The notes beneath the pieces were generated by a model. It searched no databases, was not told the origin of the DNA, and worked only from the letters and a program-made list of their open reading frames with translations. 64,000 bases of DNA from Octopus sinensis (lineage: Eukaryota): NCBI RefSeq assembly GCF_006345805.1, contig NC_043004.1, forward strand, positions 85,064,001 through 85,128,000, read 5' to 3'. A program made the position numbers and the translations under genes. Of the stretch, positions 27,630 to 40,790 are shown one piece after another. Positions within the stretch are counted from its first letter, which is position 1. Each line of letters begins with the position of its first letter.

Positions 27630-28233
27630 ATTCTTTTCTATACTAAGAACAAGGCTCGAAATGTTGGGGGAGGAGCCAGTCGATTAGATGTAACCCAATA
27701 CGCAACTGGAACTTAATTTATCGACCACGTAATGAGTAAAGGAAAAGTCGACCTCAGCGGAATTTCAACTCAAAACGAAGACATGAAATAACGCTAAGCA
27801 TTTCGCCCGGCGTACTAACGTTACTTTTTTTTGCCCTCAAAGGGCTAAACATAGACGGGACAAATAAGGACAAACAAAGGGATTAAGTCGATTATATCGA
27901 CCTCCGCGCGTAACTGGTACTTAATTTATCGACCTCGAAAGGAGGAAAGGCAAAGTCGGACTCGGCGGAATTTGAACTCAGAACGTAACAGTAGACGAAA
28001 TACCTATTTCTTAACTACCCACAAGGGGCTAAACACAGAGAGGACAAACAAGGATAGACAAACGGATTAAATCGATTATATCGATCCAGTGCGTAACTGG
28101 TACTGGTACTTAATTTATCGACCCCGGAAGGATGAAAGGCAAAGTCGACCTCGGCGGAATTTGAACGTAACGGCAGACGAAATACTGCGAAGCATTTCGC
28201 CCGGCGTACTAACATTTCTGCCAGCTCGCCATC
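27630..28233 (-). mobile_element. Head-to-tail trimer of SINE-B units
   Basis: Three successive cores (CTTAATTTATCGAC..AAAGTCG.ACCTC.GCGGAATTT) at about 27712, 27920 and 28109; only the last unit retains the full 5' head. Confidence 0.85.
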
Positions 28234-29191
28234 TTACCTGTGGTGCAATTATTGAACACAAAACATTATGATCGGGAGCCGAACGCCACTAATTTATGAG
28301 CAACGAATAATCACGAACTGAATGTGCCAATGCTAACTCGTAAAAAGTTCATTCTAAAATTCTAAATTAGAATTCTTTCGAACACTTTAATGAAAACTCT
28401 CCTGAAATTAATATTATCATACAATACGCTGATAGCTAATGTTATATCACCGAATCTTGGCAATGCATTATTATATATAAAATCGATCACCATCAAAACT
28501 TAAGAGTAAATTGATAATACTTAAAAAAGCCTCAAATTTCGTATTCCATTGTGTGATATGACTTTATTTATTGTTATATCTAGAAAGGAAAATTCCGGAT
28601 ATCTGCCGGAAGCGATCAAATTGTGAAACTTATAGTATATGATGGACTTTGACATCAAAGGTTATATTAAGTGAACCACAGTATTATGCAGCATATTTAC
28701 AATATAGAAATGAAAACGATATATAAGCTAGCTTTTTCCTTTTTTATATGTATTTTATAGACCAGTCAAGGATTGAATTTATTCCCCGTTTTCTAATGCA
28801 ACCATTTAAACATTTCATTACGCTGCAACCATATATTGACTGTGTAGTTCAGTGCAGTCAATCATACCTGCATAATAGCCACGTTATTCTTCTATAAATT
28901 CGCATATAAAGACATACTAAAAACGATAAACAAATCGAATATAAAACTGTCATGCCATAAGAAATTATGGCAACGTTGCATATATAGAGAAACACTTCTT
29001 CATTTAGTACAAACATAAAAGCGACAGTAGTTTTAAAAGAGCGATACTAATAGGAGATATACTGCCGGTAAATTGAAAGTATTTCGATTAGTTTTTATGG
29101 AGTCATAAACCATACCTGAAAAATATTATTAAATTTGACATTTTATACTTCCTGTCACTGTTTTTGTAAGATTTTTACGTTATTTAAAACG

Positions 29192-29612
29192 AAGAGCTGG
29201 TAGAAGGCTTAGCCAACCGGAGAGGAATGTTACCGGCGTTACTTCCATCAGTAGGTTCATCAGTAGTTGAAATGCCGGTTAGATTTTTACCTTTCATAAT
29301 TTCGTGGTCGATAAAATAACTACAATTTGAGCATTGGGATCGATGTAACCGACTACGCCAATCCTATGAAATTAGTGGTCCAGTGAAAACATTTAACATA
29401 ATTATTTTTAAGTCTGGTGATTACATACGTACATGCCTACATACAATGAGTGGTCGTGCGGCACGAAGTTTGCTTCTTCACCACATGGTTACTGGTACGG
29501 TTCAACGGCATGTCATCTTGAGCACGTGTGTTCTACTATATTCTTGGTTGACCAAAATCTTGTAAATGGATGCGTTAGAGGCAAAATGAAAGAGACCTTT
29601 CGTATACATATG
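29192..29612 (+). mobile_element. Old SINE-B (29192-29402) followed by old SINE-A 5' half (29447-29612)
   Basis: GAGCTGGTAGAAGGCTTAGC..CCTTTCATAATTTCGTGGTCGATAAAATAACTAC; then CCACATGGTT..TTCTACTATA..GACCAAAATCTTGTAAATGGAT. Confidence 0.65.
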
Positions 29613-29714
29613 TACCCGTGACGATGAAATATTTCATTTTTCGTTTAAATTGCGACTAGCCAACTTATTACATATGTTATATATTATACATATATATATA
29701 TATATAATATATAT

Positions 29715-29759
<45 letters not shown>

Positions 29760-30228
29760 ATAGTGTTTTGAGTGTGTAATGGTCAAAACTTAAATTCTTT
29801 TCCCCAAGATCTTAGACCCCACCTTGGAGTAAACATCCTGTCCAGCAGAACAAATTCCTCTTACTTCCCCTCTTTTTTCTTTAACACCCCTTCCAAATAC
29901 AAAAACATACACACACGCACACACACACACGTACTCTCTGTCTCTCCCTCACTTTCTCCTCATCTACCACCCTCTTGTACTGTCTTATATCCCTCCCCAA
30001 GACTACACACTCAATAGCACTATAAAACGATCAAAACTTTTTATACAGGAACTTAGTTCGATTTGAAAACCCCACTAGAATGGGAGAAAGCGATAATACA
30101 TGATCTAAGTTATATGATGTATAAAAACATGTAATATACAAATAAATATCTGTAAATATAAAACCACCCGAATTTCTGAGGACCTCATTTCTTCTAATAT
30201 AAAATACCTGTACATCATCTCCAGACCT

Positions 30229-30296
<68 letters not shown>

Positions 30297-30989
30297 TTGC
30301 GTGTGTGTGTGTATGAGTGTATTTGTGGACATATGTATGTGCACATATATATGCCTGTGTATATATGTGTATACATTTTTATGTATGTATAGGTGTGTGA
30401 ATATATATATATATATATAGGTATGTATGTATTTAATTCGTACACGTGTTTATTACATAATGGATAAATTAAAGAAAGACTCAATAAATTTATCTAAATG
30501 TATAATGTGACAGTATTACTTAACGCATTAGATGCCAAATTATTTGTCATTATACCTTAACGAGTTATAAGTTCCTTGTTCAAGATGAATTTTTATCATA
30601 TTTAAAATATGTTTTGTTTTTCATACTGAATCGTGTGTAAGTTGCTTTTATTTAACTAGTCTTGTAATCTTAAAAGTGTATATGAATATAGATATCTGAA
30701 ATTTTTTAGTGACGTAACTTATGATATTTCGTATTAAGTACAAATGAATATATTTGTCTCGATTGTGAAATATATTATTATATTCGTAGTTAATGTCAAA
30801 TTATAAATTTTAAGCACTCTGTCTTCGCTATATTAAAGCTTAGACATGTATAAATATATAAATTGAATGTATTAATTACTGATAATAATAATAATAACAA
30901 ATGAATAATTTTATATATTGCCATGTTGAGATCAAAAACGTTTTTATTGCAATTACGAATTTCTGGCTATATTTCTGTAGGTTCATTAA

Positions 30990-31600
30990 TCTATATATAT
31001 AGAAAACTGAGAATGTGTGTCTGTCTGTCTGTGTGTTTCCCTAAAACTTGATAACTACGGAACCAATTTCATTCAAATTTCACACATGCCTTACTTAGGG
31101 TCCGGGGAGTGTCATCGGAAAAAAAATTAACTTTTTGCCTAGGGCGAGCCCACAGTAATATCATATCTTCTCCACTCTGATTCCCTAAAACTTGAGAACT
31201 ATAGAACCTATTTCTTTATTAACCACACGGGGCTAAACACAGACAGGACAGACATAGGTATTAAGTGGATTACATCGACCAGCGTAACTGGTACTTAATT
31301 TATCGGCCCCGAAAGGATGAATGGCAAAGTCGACCTCGGCGGAATTTGAACTCACAACGTAACGCAGACGAAATAACGCTAAGCATTTCGCCGGCGTGCT
31401 AACGTTTCTGCCAGCTCGCCGCCTTACAGAACCAGTTTCATTCAAATTTTACACATGCCTTACTTAGGGTCCATGTAGTATCATGGGCAAAAAAAAAATG
31501 TTTAACTTCTTGCCTAGAGCGAGCCCACAGCAGTATCATATCTTCTCCACTATTTCAGTATTACGTGTTAAAAGTGAAACAAAAACATATCTCTATTGTA
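30990..31600 (+). mobile_element. Non-autonomous Helitron-like element with two 144-bp internal tandem units
   Basis: Starts A|TCTATATATATAGAAAACTGAGAATGTGTGTCTGTCTG (5' TC). Unit TTCCCTAAAACTTG..TCTTCTCCAC occurs at 31037 and 31181. No 3' hairpin/CTRR found. Confidence 0.55.
31209..31423 (-). mobile_element. SINE-B, full length, nested in Helitron-like element
   Basis: Complete head GGCGGCGAGCTGGCAGAAACG (reverse complement); TSD TATAGAACC (31200-31208) and TACAGAACC (31425-31433). Confidence 0.9.
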
Positions 31601-31608
31601 TGTATATG

Positions 31609-31645
<37 letters not shown>

Positions 31646-33466
31646 CAAAATATAAAATTATATTTTGAGATCGTTAGTGACAACAACGCTCATAATATAT
31701 AACAGACTGGAACAGTAGTGCTCAAATCAGCTGTATACTTATTCTCAGGTTTAATCCGAGGGAAGGCAGTGCGAGCAGCAACTACAAAAGCACTACAAAA
31801 TCCACAGAAAGATCAAACACATACATATATTCATATGTTCATTTATATCTACAGAACAGACATAAAGCCAGACGTTCAGAAATATATAGCAATATATAAA
31901 TATATAAACATCATATAAAAATATATTGTACACATAAGATCCACTCGACGTTCCATAAGAAATTTAGGAAGAAAATTGCAATAAAAGTTAGAGGTAATAT
32001 AACAATTGAATTAAATATAGATATATAGTAAGTAGTAATTTAATATATTTTACTTTATTAAAATGGTAATCAAATCGTTATATAACAATTAAAAGAAAAA
32101 ATAGCAATTAGTATAAAATGTATCAAGGACTTGAACTCGAATATGTGGCTTTGCATGAATGGGAGAAATTAAAAGATGAAAAATTTAATTGAGTGCAGAA
32201 GTGAGTTAGTGCAGATGGACATGTGCTCATACCATTTACTATAGCTGCTAGATTGAATTATATGCTTATAAAGTAGCATTCAGTAACTAGGAAAATTTTT
32301 GGGAGTACGTAATGTTTGGTCTTTCGCATGTAGCAGGTATGTAATTGTGCATTTGTTTCCGTGTACTATGTGTTGTGTGTAAAAAAACATCCTGACGAGG
32401 GGAGCGTCAATTTTAAATATCTAATATGCTTCATATTAATTGATGCATATGAACGTTTATGTATTTTTGTAAATTTGTATATTTATCTTCTATGTATTTT
32501 TCTCTGGAATTTTAATTCGTCTTATTAATATGTCATTGTATGTTTTATTACCACAAATTTTTAATTTAACAAATTTATACCAAACTAGTATTATGACCCG
32601 GTACTTTTACTCGTTTCAAATTAGAATAATGTTTATATCAGTAACAATAGATAAATGAGAGTAGTTACTATATATTATCATTATATAAAATTATATATCT
32701 TTTTGAATAGTTATCCAGATTTGATTATTAATAGATTATTTATTAAAATTCAGTAGATATACTAACGTTTTATACTTTTGAATGTGTATATGCATAAAAA
32801 ATTAAGGAATAAAAAAATTTGGATTAACATAATTTATTTCCTTCTGTAATTAAAAGTGTAATACTTTATATATTTAAATATTATTATCTTTATTATGGAA
32901 AAATTGGTATCGTTTTATAATAATCGTAACTTTATCCATTTGTTTAACATCGGTATATTTTGTAGTAAAATACAGGGTGAATGAATTATCGATTAAGAAT
33001 TAGTGTCAGAATTAAAGATATCTTTAGTTATTTATGTTTGTTCATCAAATATATGGTAATTTTAGATAAAATATATGTCCCACTCTGCCATAATTGTTTT
33101 CAATATATTACATATTATATAGGTATTGATATTATATTATAAAATGGCCAGTAGCCAGTGATTATTTTCGATTAAAATACTTTTAGATTAATATTATTGG
33201 AGATCCATAAGAACATTTTATGACCATTGTAAATTCCCTTTACTTAATTATTGTATCAATTTGAATTTTGTTGTACATAATACGTATTTGAATTATCAAC
33301 GTCCACGCTTCTAAAAATCAATTTTTGAATCAGTATTTTTGTAATATTTGCAATTTAGCAGTCCTTACATGGAACTTCATTTTTTTTTATAGACATAATC
33401 CCGAATACACTTGTATACACAAATAGGAAATTTATTTTATAAATTCAGTACTATATATAAGTCACA

Positions 33467-33692
33467 GTGGAGGCGCGTGTCTTAGTGGTTAGGGTGTTAG
33501 CATCATGATCGTAAGATTGAGTGACGCGTTGTGTTCTTAAGCAAAACACTTCATTTTACGTTGCTCCAGTCCACTCAACTGGCAAAAATGAGTAGCGCTG
33601 CGATGGACTGGCGTCTCTTCCAGCTGGGGAACACATACGCCACAGAAACCGGGAACGGGCCCATGAGCCTTGCTTGGCTTGAAAAGGGCAAC
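33467..33692 (+). mobile_element. tRNA-derived CORE-like SINE family D with TSD
   Basis: Head GTGGAGGCGCGTGTCTTAGTGGTTAGGG; core TTGCTCCAGTCCACTCAACTGGCAAAAATGAGTA; flanks ATATAAGTCACA and ATATAAGTCATA. Confidence 0.85.
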
Positions 33693-34059
33693 GATATAAG
33701 TCATAACAAATTCATGGCTTTAAATGTGTCTTTTAAAGATTTTTTTATGTTAAGTTATGTTATCTTATCTTATATAAAATTTTACAGTGTATTATATTTT
33801 ATTTCTCTATTGCATTTAATATCTGTATAATACTATATTTGTTCCACGTCCTCGCGTTGTTGTGTTTTTTTTTCTGCTTTCTTGTTTGGATTAACTATAT
33901 CATAATATTCACTACGTTAGCTCGTGTGCGTTCCCTACTTTAAACGTCCCACTCCGTTTAAAGAAAAAACTATCGTGAGTAGGAATAGCTTTTAAATAAA
34001 AATGTATTATTACCGTTATTAATGGTATTAATAAGTAATAATACGTTGGACAGGAATCT

Positions 34060-35400
34060 CACACCGTTACAGGCATAATATAAGGCAACTTTAGATTCAG
34101 ATGTTGAAGACAATTTTTTGTCCTAAAAATGTGTCTCAAAAATCTACCTTGCGTCCTGGACGCCGATTGCTAAATGTTTTATAGAAATATCCTAAACCTA
34201 GAGGAAAATCATCTATGGTAGAGTGATATGAACACCTGTATATGACAGCTCAGGGAAGTGTTTGAATTATATTTTGTTAAAATAGCAAATAACCAAAAGT
34301 ATCGTGAAAAGTTTTTGAAATATACACCATCACAAAAGTCCATTCCCGTCTGGACAATGTAAGACATCTGGACATGAGAAGACCCATTATACTGCGGTAC
34401 TATTGTGTTGTGTTGATGGAACAGAACTGTCACCGCTGCTTACGGAAACAGACGAGGCAACAGACGAGTGATATTTTACACGTGTATCTACATTGTCGGT
34501 ATTGTCACTCTTGTTAAACTGCGGTATGTTAAAAGGGCTTACATGCAAATATTAATAACAATACAATCGTAATCACTGTCTATGATGACACGTGATGTGT
34601 TCAGTCATCACTTACTCACTCTAAAGCCATAGGCTTAACCAGTTCAAACCTGAACCTACAACTTCAGAAGTGATCTGCAACTTCAGAAGATTTTACTTCT
34701 GAAAATTTTTAGCACGACCGATACTATGGCAACATCATGCAGAAGATACTCTTACATAATCGGATACAAGCTACAAGTGACTGAATATGACAAACAACAT
34801 GGCAACAGTGGCTGCAGAGAGGCATTTCGGGGCACCGGCAACTAAGAAAATTATCCGCTGCTGGAATAAACAAGAAGATCTGTTGAATCCTGCATCAAGA
34901 CTTAAACGTAACTTGCATCAGACTGTAGCTAAGTGGCCAGAACTGGAGCAAGAGATGAAGGAGTGGATGGATAGTTGTGTGGAGAATTTCGGGTCTTGCA
35001 ATATCAATGAAAATCGATGATTTTCGTGGCACATCAAGCTGGTGTTACAGATTTATGATTAGATACGTACTGGCAACGAGAATGCGCAGAAAATGACACA
35101 AAAATTGCTTGAAGATTATGATAACAAAATAATCGAATTTCACAGTATCATAATCAGTGCAAGAAAAAAGATTGACTACGAAGTGGGTCAGATCGGAAAC
35201 ATGGATAATATGTCACTAACGTATGATGTAGTATGGAATAGAACAGTAGGTGTTAGTGGTTTCACAACCGTAAGTGCAAAGACATCTGGACATGAGAAGA
35301 CCCATTATACTGCGGAACTGTCGTATTGTGCTGATGGAACAAAACTGTCACTGCTGCTTACGGAAACATAACGTAAGTCAGTGTCTACTACATTTTCCTT
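34060..35400 (+). mobile_element. POGK/Passer-like pogo transposon, 5' part, decayed
   Basis: Brinker-DBD-like RRYSYIIGYKLQVTEY..AERHFGAPATKKIIRCW; AKWPELEQEMKEW; QKLLEDYDNKIIEFHS..YEVGQIGNMD..KTSGHEKTHYTAELSYCADGTKL (start of DDE domain). Confidence 0.82.
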
Positions 35401-35625
35401 GGTGCGTAATATTGTTCCTATTGAAATCAAGTAACAATATGAAGTGCTGAGAAAATTGTAGTAACTTCCGGAGAAATATGTGTTAATATTTGTCATTGAC
35501 AATCAGTGTCCAACTAAACTAATTCGATAGAAAATTGAATTATGTTCACTGACATACGAAATTTAGAAATCGGTTGATCAATAAAGAAATGAGGTAGAAA
35601 AATGTGCGTGTATATATTATATATA

Positions 35626-35656
<31 letters not shown>

Positions 35657-36254
35657 ATATATTATATACATACATTTATACATATATATATATATATATA
35701 TATATTTATGTATATTTATGTATATATACACATATGTATGTAGAAATATATGTGTTATGTATATATATATATTTGTGGATGTGGGTGTATATATGTATGC
35801 ATCTATGTATGTAGGTATGTATTATGCATGTATGTATGTATGTACATGCATATGTAAGTAATGGCGCTTGCGTTTCAAAAGGAAATAAAGAATTACGGTT
35901 GAAAGTATATACTTAAATGGACAGAAATGTTAACGAATATTAATTTCTGCATGTTTCTGTGCGCATATGCCTGTGTTTGTGCGAGCATATGTGTGTGTGG
36001 GAAGGGTGTGTATGAGTTCGTACGAACATCATTATGTGATTAGCTGCTGCGCTACCGTGGACATAAGAAGAAAAACTAATGAATTTCCAATTATAGTCAT
36101 TCAAGTTATTGTTATTGCCAAACACATATAACGTCAATATTACCAATTTATGCACGACGAAAATATTTATACGAACAAGGCAGTTGCATATGTGTTCATA
36201 ATTTTGTGTGTACACATACACAGACAAATACTCAAACTCACGCGTACATGTGCG

Positions 36255-36395
36255 GTTTATATTCTCTTTTCCTTTTGTTGAAGAGCGTAGACTCGAAACA
36301 TAAAAGACTTTTTTATTTTCCCGAGCGCCAAGCTAATACACTTGCTTATTGTTCATACACCCGTCCCCGTCATGTTTTCCTATAAATTTCAACAA
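36255..36395 (+). mobile_element. Penelope-like terminal repeat with minimal hammerhead-like motif
   Basis: CTTT-TGTTGA-AGAGC-GTAG-ACTC-GAAAC-ATA-AAAG at 36272-36306; a second family copy lies at 40629-40790 on the minus strand. Confidence 0.55.
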
Positions 36396-36499
36396 TATAT
36401 ATATATGTGTGTATGTATGTAAGTTTATATATTTATATATATGTATGTGTATATATGTATATATATGTGTACATATATATATATATATATATAATATAT

Positions 36500-36555
<56 letters not shown>

Positions 36556-36704
36556 TACGCATGCACACACATACACACACATATATATAAAATACAATTA
36601 AGATGCAGTTTAATTAGGTACTTAAATTGAGGCATCATCATAATCATCATCCTTATCCTCCTCCTCATCATCGTCATCATCATCATTATCATCATAACTA
36701 TTAA

Positions 36705-36930
36705 GCAGACGGCTTGAAAGAAAAGTTACCCAGTCGGAAAAAATGCTTCGCGGTAGTTGTTTTGTCTCTCTATAAAGCTTATACTCTGAGTTCAAATACC
36801 ATTGAAGTAAGTTTTGTGCTTCATATTTTCCTAGTCAACAGAACATTGTAACACTCAAGTACTGATGTAATTGACTACATACCATCCCAAGAATTGCTAG
36901 TAACTTACCAAACAATTTGAAAACATTAAT
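36705..36930 (+). mobile_element. Highly degenerate SINE-B
   Basis: AAAATGCTTCGCGGTA..CTGAGTTCAAATACC..TTTGTGCTTCAT..AATTTGAAAAC. Confidence 0.5.
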
Positions 36931-37899
36931 ATTTCAGTTCTTATATATAAAAGGTTCCTCTCTTTGCGTAAAAGAAAGTACTGGATGATCAGTTAACTAT
37001 GGTTTTATTCAACGCATTTCTCTCTCACATTCATTGCGACTGTTCTTTAGTTTTTCTAAGCACGTATAGCCAGACATTTCACAGCTTCTCCTCGTATGTA
37101 ATTAACATATATACTTAATCAAAGAACATATTCGCCTTCCTGCTGAGGGACATCGGTCTATTATGCCACTCTAGAAATTTGTCCATGTGAGTCCAAATAC
37201 TTGAATGTATGCTAAGAGATTGTCTTAGCCCGTTTGCCATCGGACGATTGATTTCTGTAGTTATCATCAGTGTATTTTAGCGATTTATATAACGGTTTTG
37301 ACTGTTATTTCCAGACGTTAGACATACCTAATGTGGCCTTTTATTAATTTTATTCCTTCAGTTAATTAATGCGTTTTAGAAGCCTGCAATTACCTATATT
37401 ATTGATTCTGTTATCATTTTAAAATTGTTACACTGGAAAATAATATAATCAATGATATTTTCGCAAATGATTTTTTCGTGAATTATTTTTCCATTAAATT
37501 ATTTGCTCCGTATTGAAATATGTATATTTATACGTCTCCACTGTCCTGTTTTTGTTACCAACTTTGACCCTGGCAAATCCCAAATTCTATTTTGGTTCGC
37601 GGGAGCAACTGCCTTTCGAAGCCTCATATTGTCGTTAAATGCTTGAAATGAGGAATAGATGGATAACCGACAACTGATGAAGGGTCGTTCTTTATGTTAC
37701 CTGTCTTTTTTCCATTTGTTTCCCTAGTTGGGTGCATACCCAAGTTTGTCTTCGTAATTCACATTGCTTACATTTTTTGACATCCTGTACCCATATATGC
37801 ATATATATACATATATATGTATGTACATATATGTATGCATATATGCATATATAAATATATACATATATATAATGTGTGTGTTGCCAGGTAATGCATTTT

Positions 37900-38690
37900 T
37901 TATATCAATTCTAGGAAGTTTAATTCATCTTCTTTCGTCATTATTGATATCCCGATAACCCAGGTCGATAATAATTTCCCAGCCATGACTGACTGTAGCC
38001 CTGTTATTTTTTTATTCCACTTAATTTACTGTGTGCCGTTGTTTTGCCATGCATTTTAGTGCGATATTTTCGCCTAGATTCATTCGATATCTGATTATAT
38101 CTCAGCACACGTTTTTACTATTGGTTTCAAATAACTTATACTCATGAAAACAGCGAACTCGGTTTTCAATCATCTTATTCAATATAACTTTGATAAATTG
38201 AGTTGTTTCGTCGTTCGCTGAATTCCAGGTTCCTTTCTTTACTTCTTTTTAATTTTGGCTTCTTCACTTTTCATTTGCGATCAATATATTACCTTTTTTG
38301 CTGAGTAAGAATAGATCTTTCTTCTCTCGTATCAATTTCTAATAATATATTTTATCCCTCCTTTATATAGTAGTCTTATATGAGGTCATTTCCATTCTGT
38401 TAGGTTCGAATCATAGTTTGTCGATATTTCCATGATTACTGAACAAAATTCTCATTTATATTCTTCATGTTCAAATTTGCATCTATGCAAAGAATATGCT
38501 AGAATTCCATATTTAGCTCCCTTCAGAAATACTGCCTTAGTGCTTACAATATTTTCGAAAGAAGTAACGCATGCTTATATATTGATTTCTCTGCTATTTC
38601 TGAAGAACCCCGCCCTTTGGTTCGAGTAATTATTTAGATTTAGTTGTTATGTCTACTGATTACTTTTTTCTATATAGCCCTAGAGCACTT
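37900..38690 (-). pseudogene. Possible very old Dong/R4 ORF remnant
   Basis: Minus-strand KYRTKMHGK and QSWL resemble the R4 W..K.LHG...WL motif; heavily disrupted. Confidence 0.35.
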
Positions 38691-38714
38691 CAGATGAGTT
38701 GCAGTTATAGTCAA

Positions 38715-39243
38715 CCGAAGCTATAGCCGAAGACAACTGCCCAAGACGCCACAAAGTGGGACTGTACCCGGAACAGTGTAGTCAGGAAGCAAGCGTCTTA
38801 CTACACAGCCACGCCTTCGCCTAATACTTTTATTCTTTTATTCTTTTACCTGTTTCAGCGATTTGACTGTGGCCATGCTAGAACACCACGTTTTCGTCCA
38901 GCAAATCGTCCCCCTAGGACCAATTCTTTGCAAGCCCAGAACTTATTCCATCGGTCTTCGTTGACCTACCGCCAAGTTACAGAGACGTAAATACACCGGC
39001 ATCGGTTGTCGAGCGATGTTGGGGGGGGACAAACAGACACAAACACATACACACCCATACATATATATATATATATATACACAGATATATATACAGATAT
39101 ATACACACATATATATATACGATGGGCTTTGGTTGGCCAGAGTCTATAGTAGAAGACACTTACCCAAGGTGCCACGCAGTGTAACTGAACCCGGAACCAT
39201 GTGGTTGGTAAGCAAGCTATTTACCACACAGCCACCCTGCACC
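38715..39243 (-). mobile_element. SINE-A head fragment (38715-38821) plus full SINE-A (38825-39243)
   Basis: Two heads (..ACACAGCCACGCCTTCGCC and ..CACACAGCCACCCTGCACC) and one tail (CTGTTTCAGCGATTTGACTGTGGCCATGC). Confidence 0.85.
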
Positions 39244-40303
39244 TATAATGTACAACATTGTTTAAGACATCGAAAGTATCCTATGTAATTTAAGAGGAAA
39301 TTGGTAGAGTTTTTTTTACTGAATTTCATTTAAATTAGAACCTAACATCTTGAAACATGAAGATCGCATCGTTTAATGTAGTTCTATATCCTGAATGCCC
39401 GAGAGAAAGAGAGACATTAAATTAAATGCTTTTCATTATCAGAGGTCTGCTCTGTTGGAGCTGACCTGCTGCTAAACATCAACATTCATACTAAAATTTC
39501 CTACAAGAGAATAATGCTGTATATCCATGTAGTTCGATGATATTTTACTTGTGACAAACTTTTGCGTCATGGAAGCGCCAAGAGATAAGTAAGATGCTGC
39601 AAAATTCATTTAGTCAACTGAATTAAGATATATTGTTTTTAGTTTCGCTTCACTCAATTTTGCTTCGAAACTTTGCAGTATTCCTCGTCGGGCGTTAACG
39701 GAATATATCATTGTTTTACATATTCATTGCTGATTCAACTAACGTAATATTATACCAACAGAGGATATAAATAATGTTCAGAATACGCTCATCTGACGTG
39801 CATAAAAATCTCATACGACCTCACATATTTTCAGAAACAAGATTTCTAGTGGAACAACTGAAATATAATACAGCAGAATCGGATCAGGAATATTGGTTTC
39901 TTATCGAATTATCGGCAGGTCCAGCATTTATATGACAGATACAAATGTTATAAAATGTCTTCAACCGAGAATCAACATCATGTTTCATGTATATATCATT
40001 GATATAGCAAGAAATGTATCTTTATGTGACTATCAAAAGACATATCACGAACATGGGTGCGTCGATAAGAAGTTCGCATTTCTGTCTCCAGCGAAAAGGA
40101 TTGATCCAGTCACTGCTGCACATTGGGTTGTGGTTTCGAATTCTATCATTGCACTCACTGAAAAAAATGTGTTTGTGTCTGAGAGAGACAGAGGGGAAGA
40201 GGGAGAGACAGAGAGAAAGGTAGTAGCAAAGAGAGAGAGAGAGAGAGAGTATGCGGTGTTTGTGTATTCACGCGACGTACGCTATCTTATTGATGTATGT
40301 ATG

Positions 40304-40370
<67 letters not shown>

Positions 40371-40374
40371 GGTG

Positions 40375-40520
40375 GAGTTTCACGTTGCTCCAGTCCACTC
40401 AGCTGGCAAAATGAGTTACGCTGCGATGGACTAGCGTCCCGTCCAGCTGGGGAACACATGCCATAGAAACCGGATAACCGGGCCATGAGCCTGGCTAGGA
40501 TTAAAAGGGTGAATTTATTT
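40375..40520 (+). mobile_element. SINE-D 3' half
   Basis: TTCACGTTGCTCCAGTCCACTCAGCTGGCAAAATGAG..GCGATGGACTAGCGTCCCGTCCAGCTGGGGAACAC matches 33555-33690. Confidence 0.85.
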
Positions 40521-40526
40521 TATTAT

Positions 40527-40560
<34 letters not shown>

Positions 40561-40628
40561 TATATATATATATATATTATATATATAGATATGTATATAT
40601 ATATATGTATGTGTGTGTATATATATAT

Positions 40629-40790
40629 AGGGAGAATTCACAAAAAAAAGACGAAGACAGGTGATGTAGACAACAAACATATGTATTACTATAACGTTCG
40701 GGAAGTGAAAATGTGTTTAACGTTTCGAGACTATGCTCTGCCACAGAAAGGAACACAGTACGAAACAAGTAGAGAAAATAAAGAATGTGA
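40629..40790 (-). mobile_element. Second copy of the 36.3-kb Penelope-like repeat
   Basis: Reverse complement: CTTTCTGTGGC-AGAGC-ATAG-TCTC-GAAAC-GTT..TTCCCGAACG..TAATACA..CACCTGTCTTCGTC. Confidence 0.6.

Noticed and set aside
31620-33420. Very AT-rich stretch possibly a decayed Penelope RT (similar stretch at 5640-6200)
   Set aside because: No motif could be read convincingly by eye; needs a profile search.
37674-37690. CTGATGAAGGG hammerhead half-core (also CTGACGAGG at 32392)
   Set aside because: No matching helix II partner with GAAAC found downstream.
39893-40414. 173-aa ORF
   Set aside because: Runs through (GA)n, (TA)n and a SINE-D fragment; no recognisable domain.
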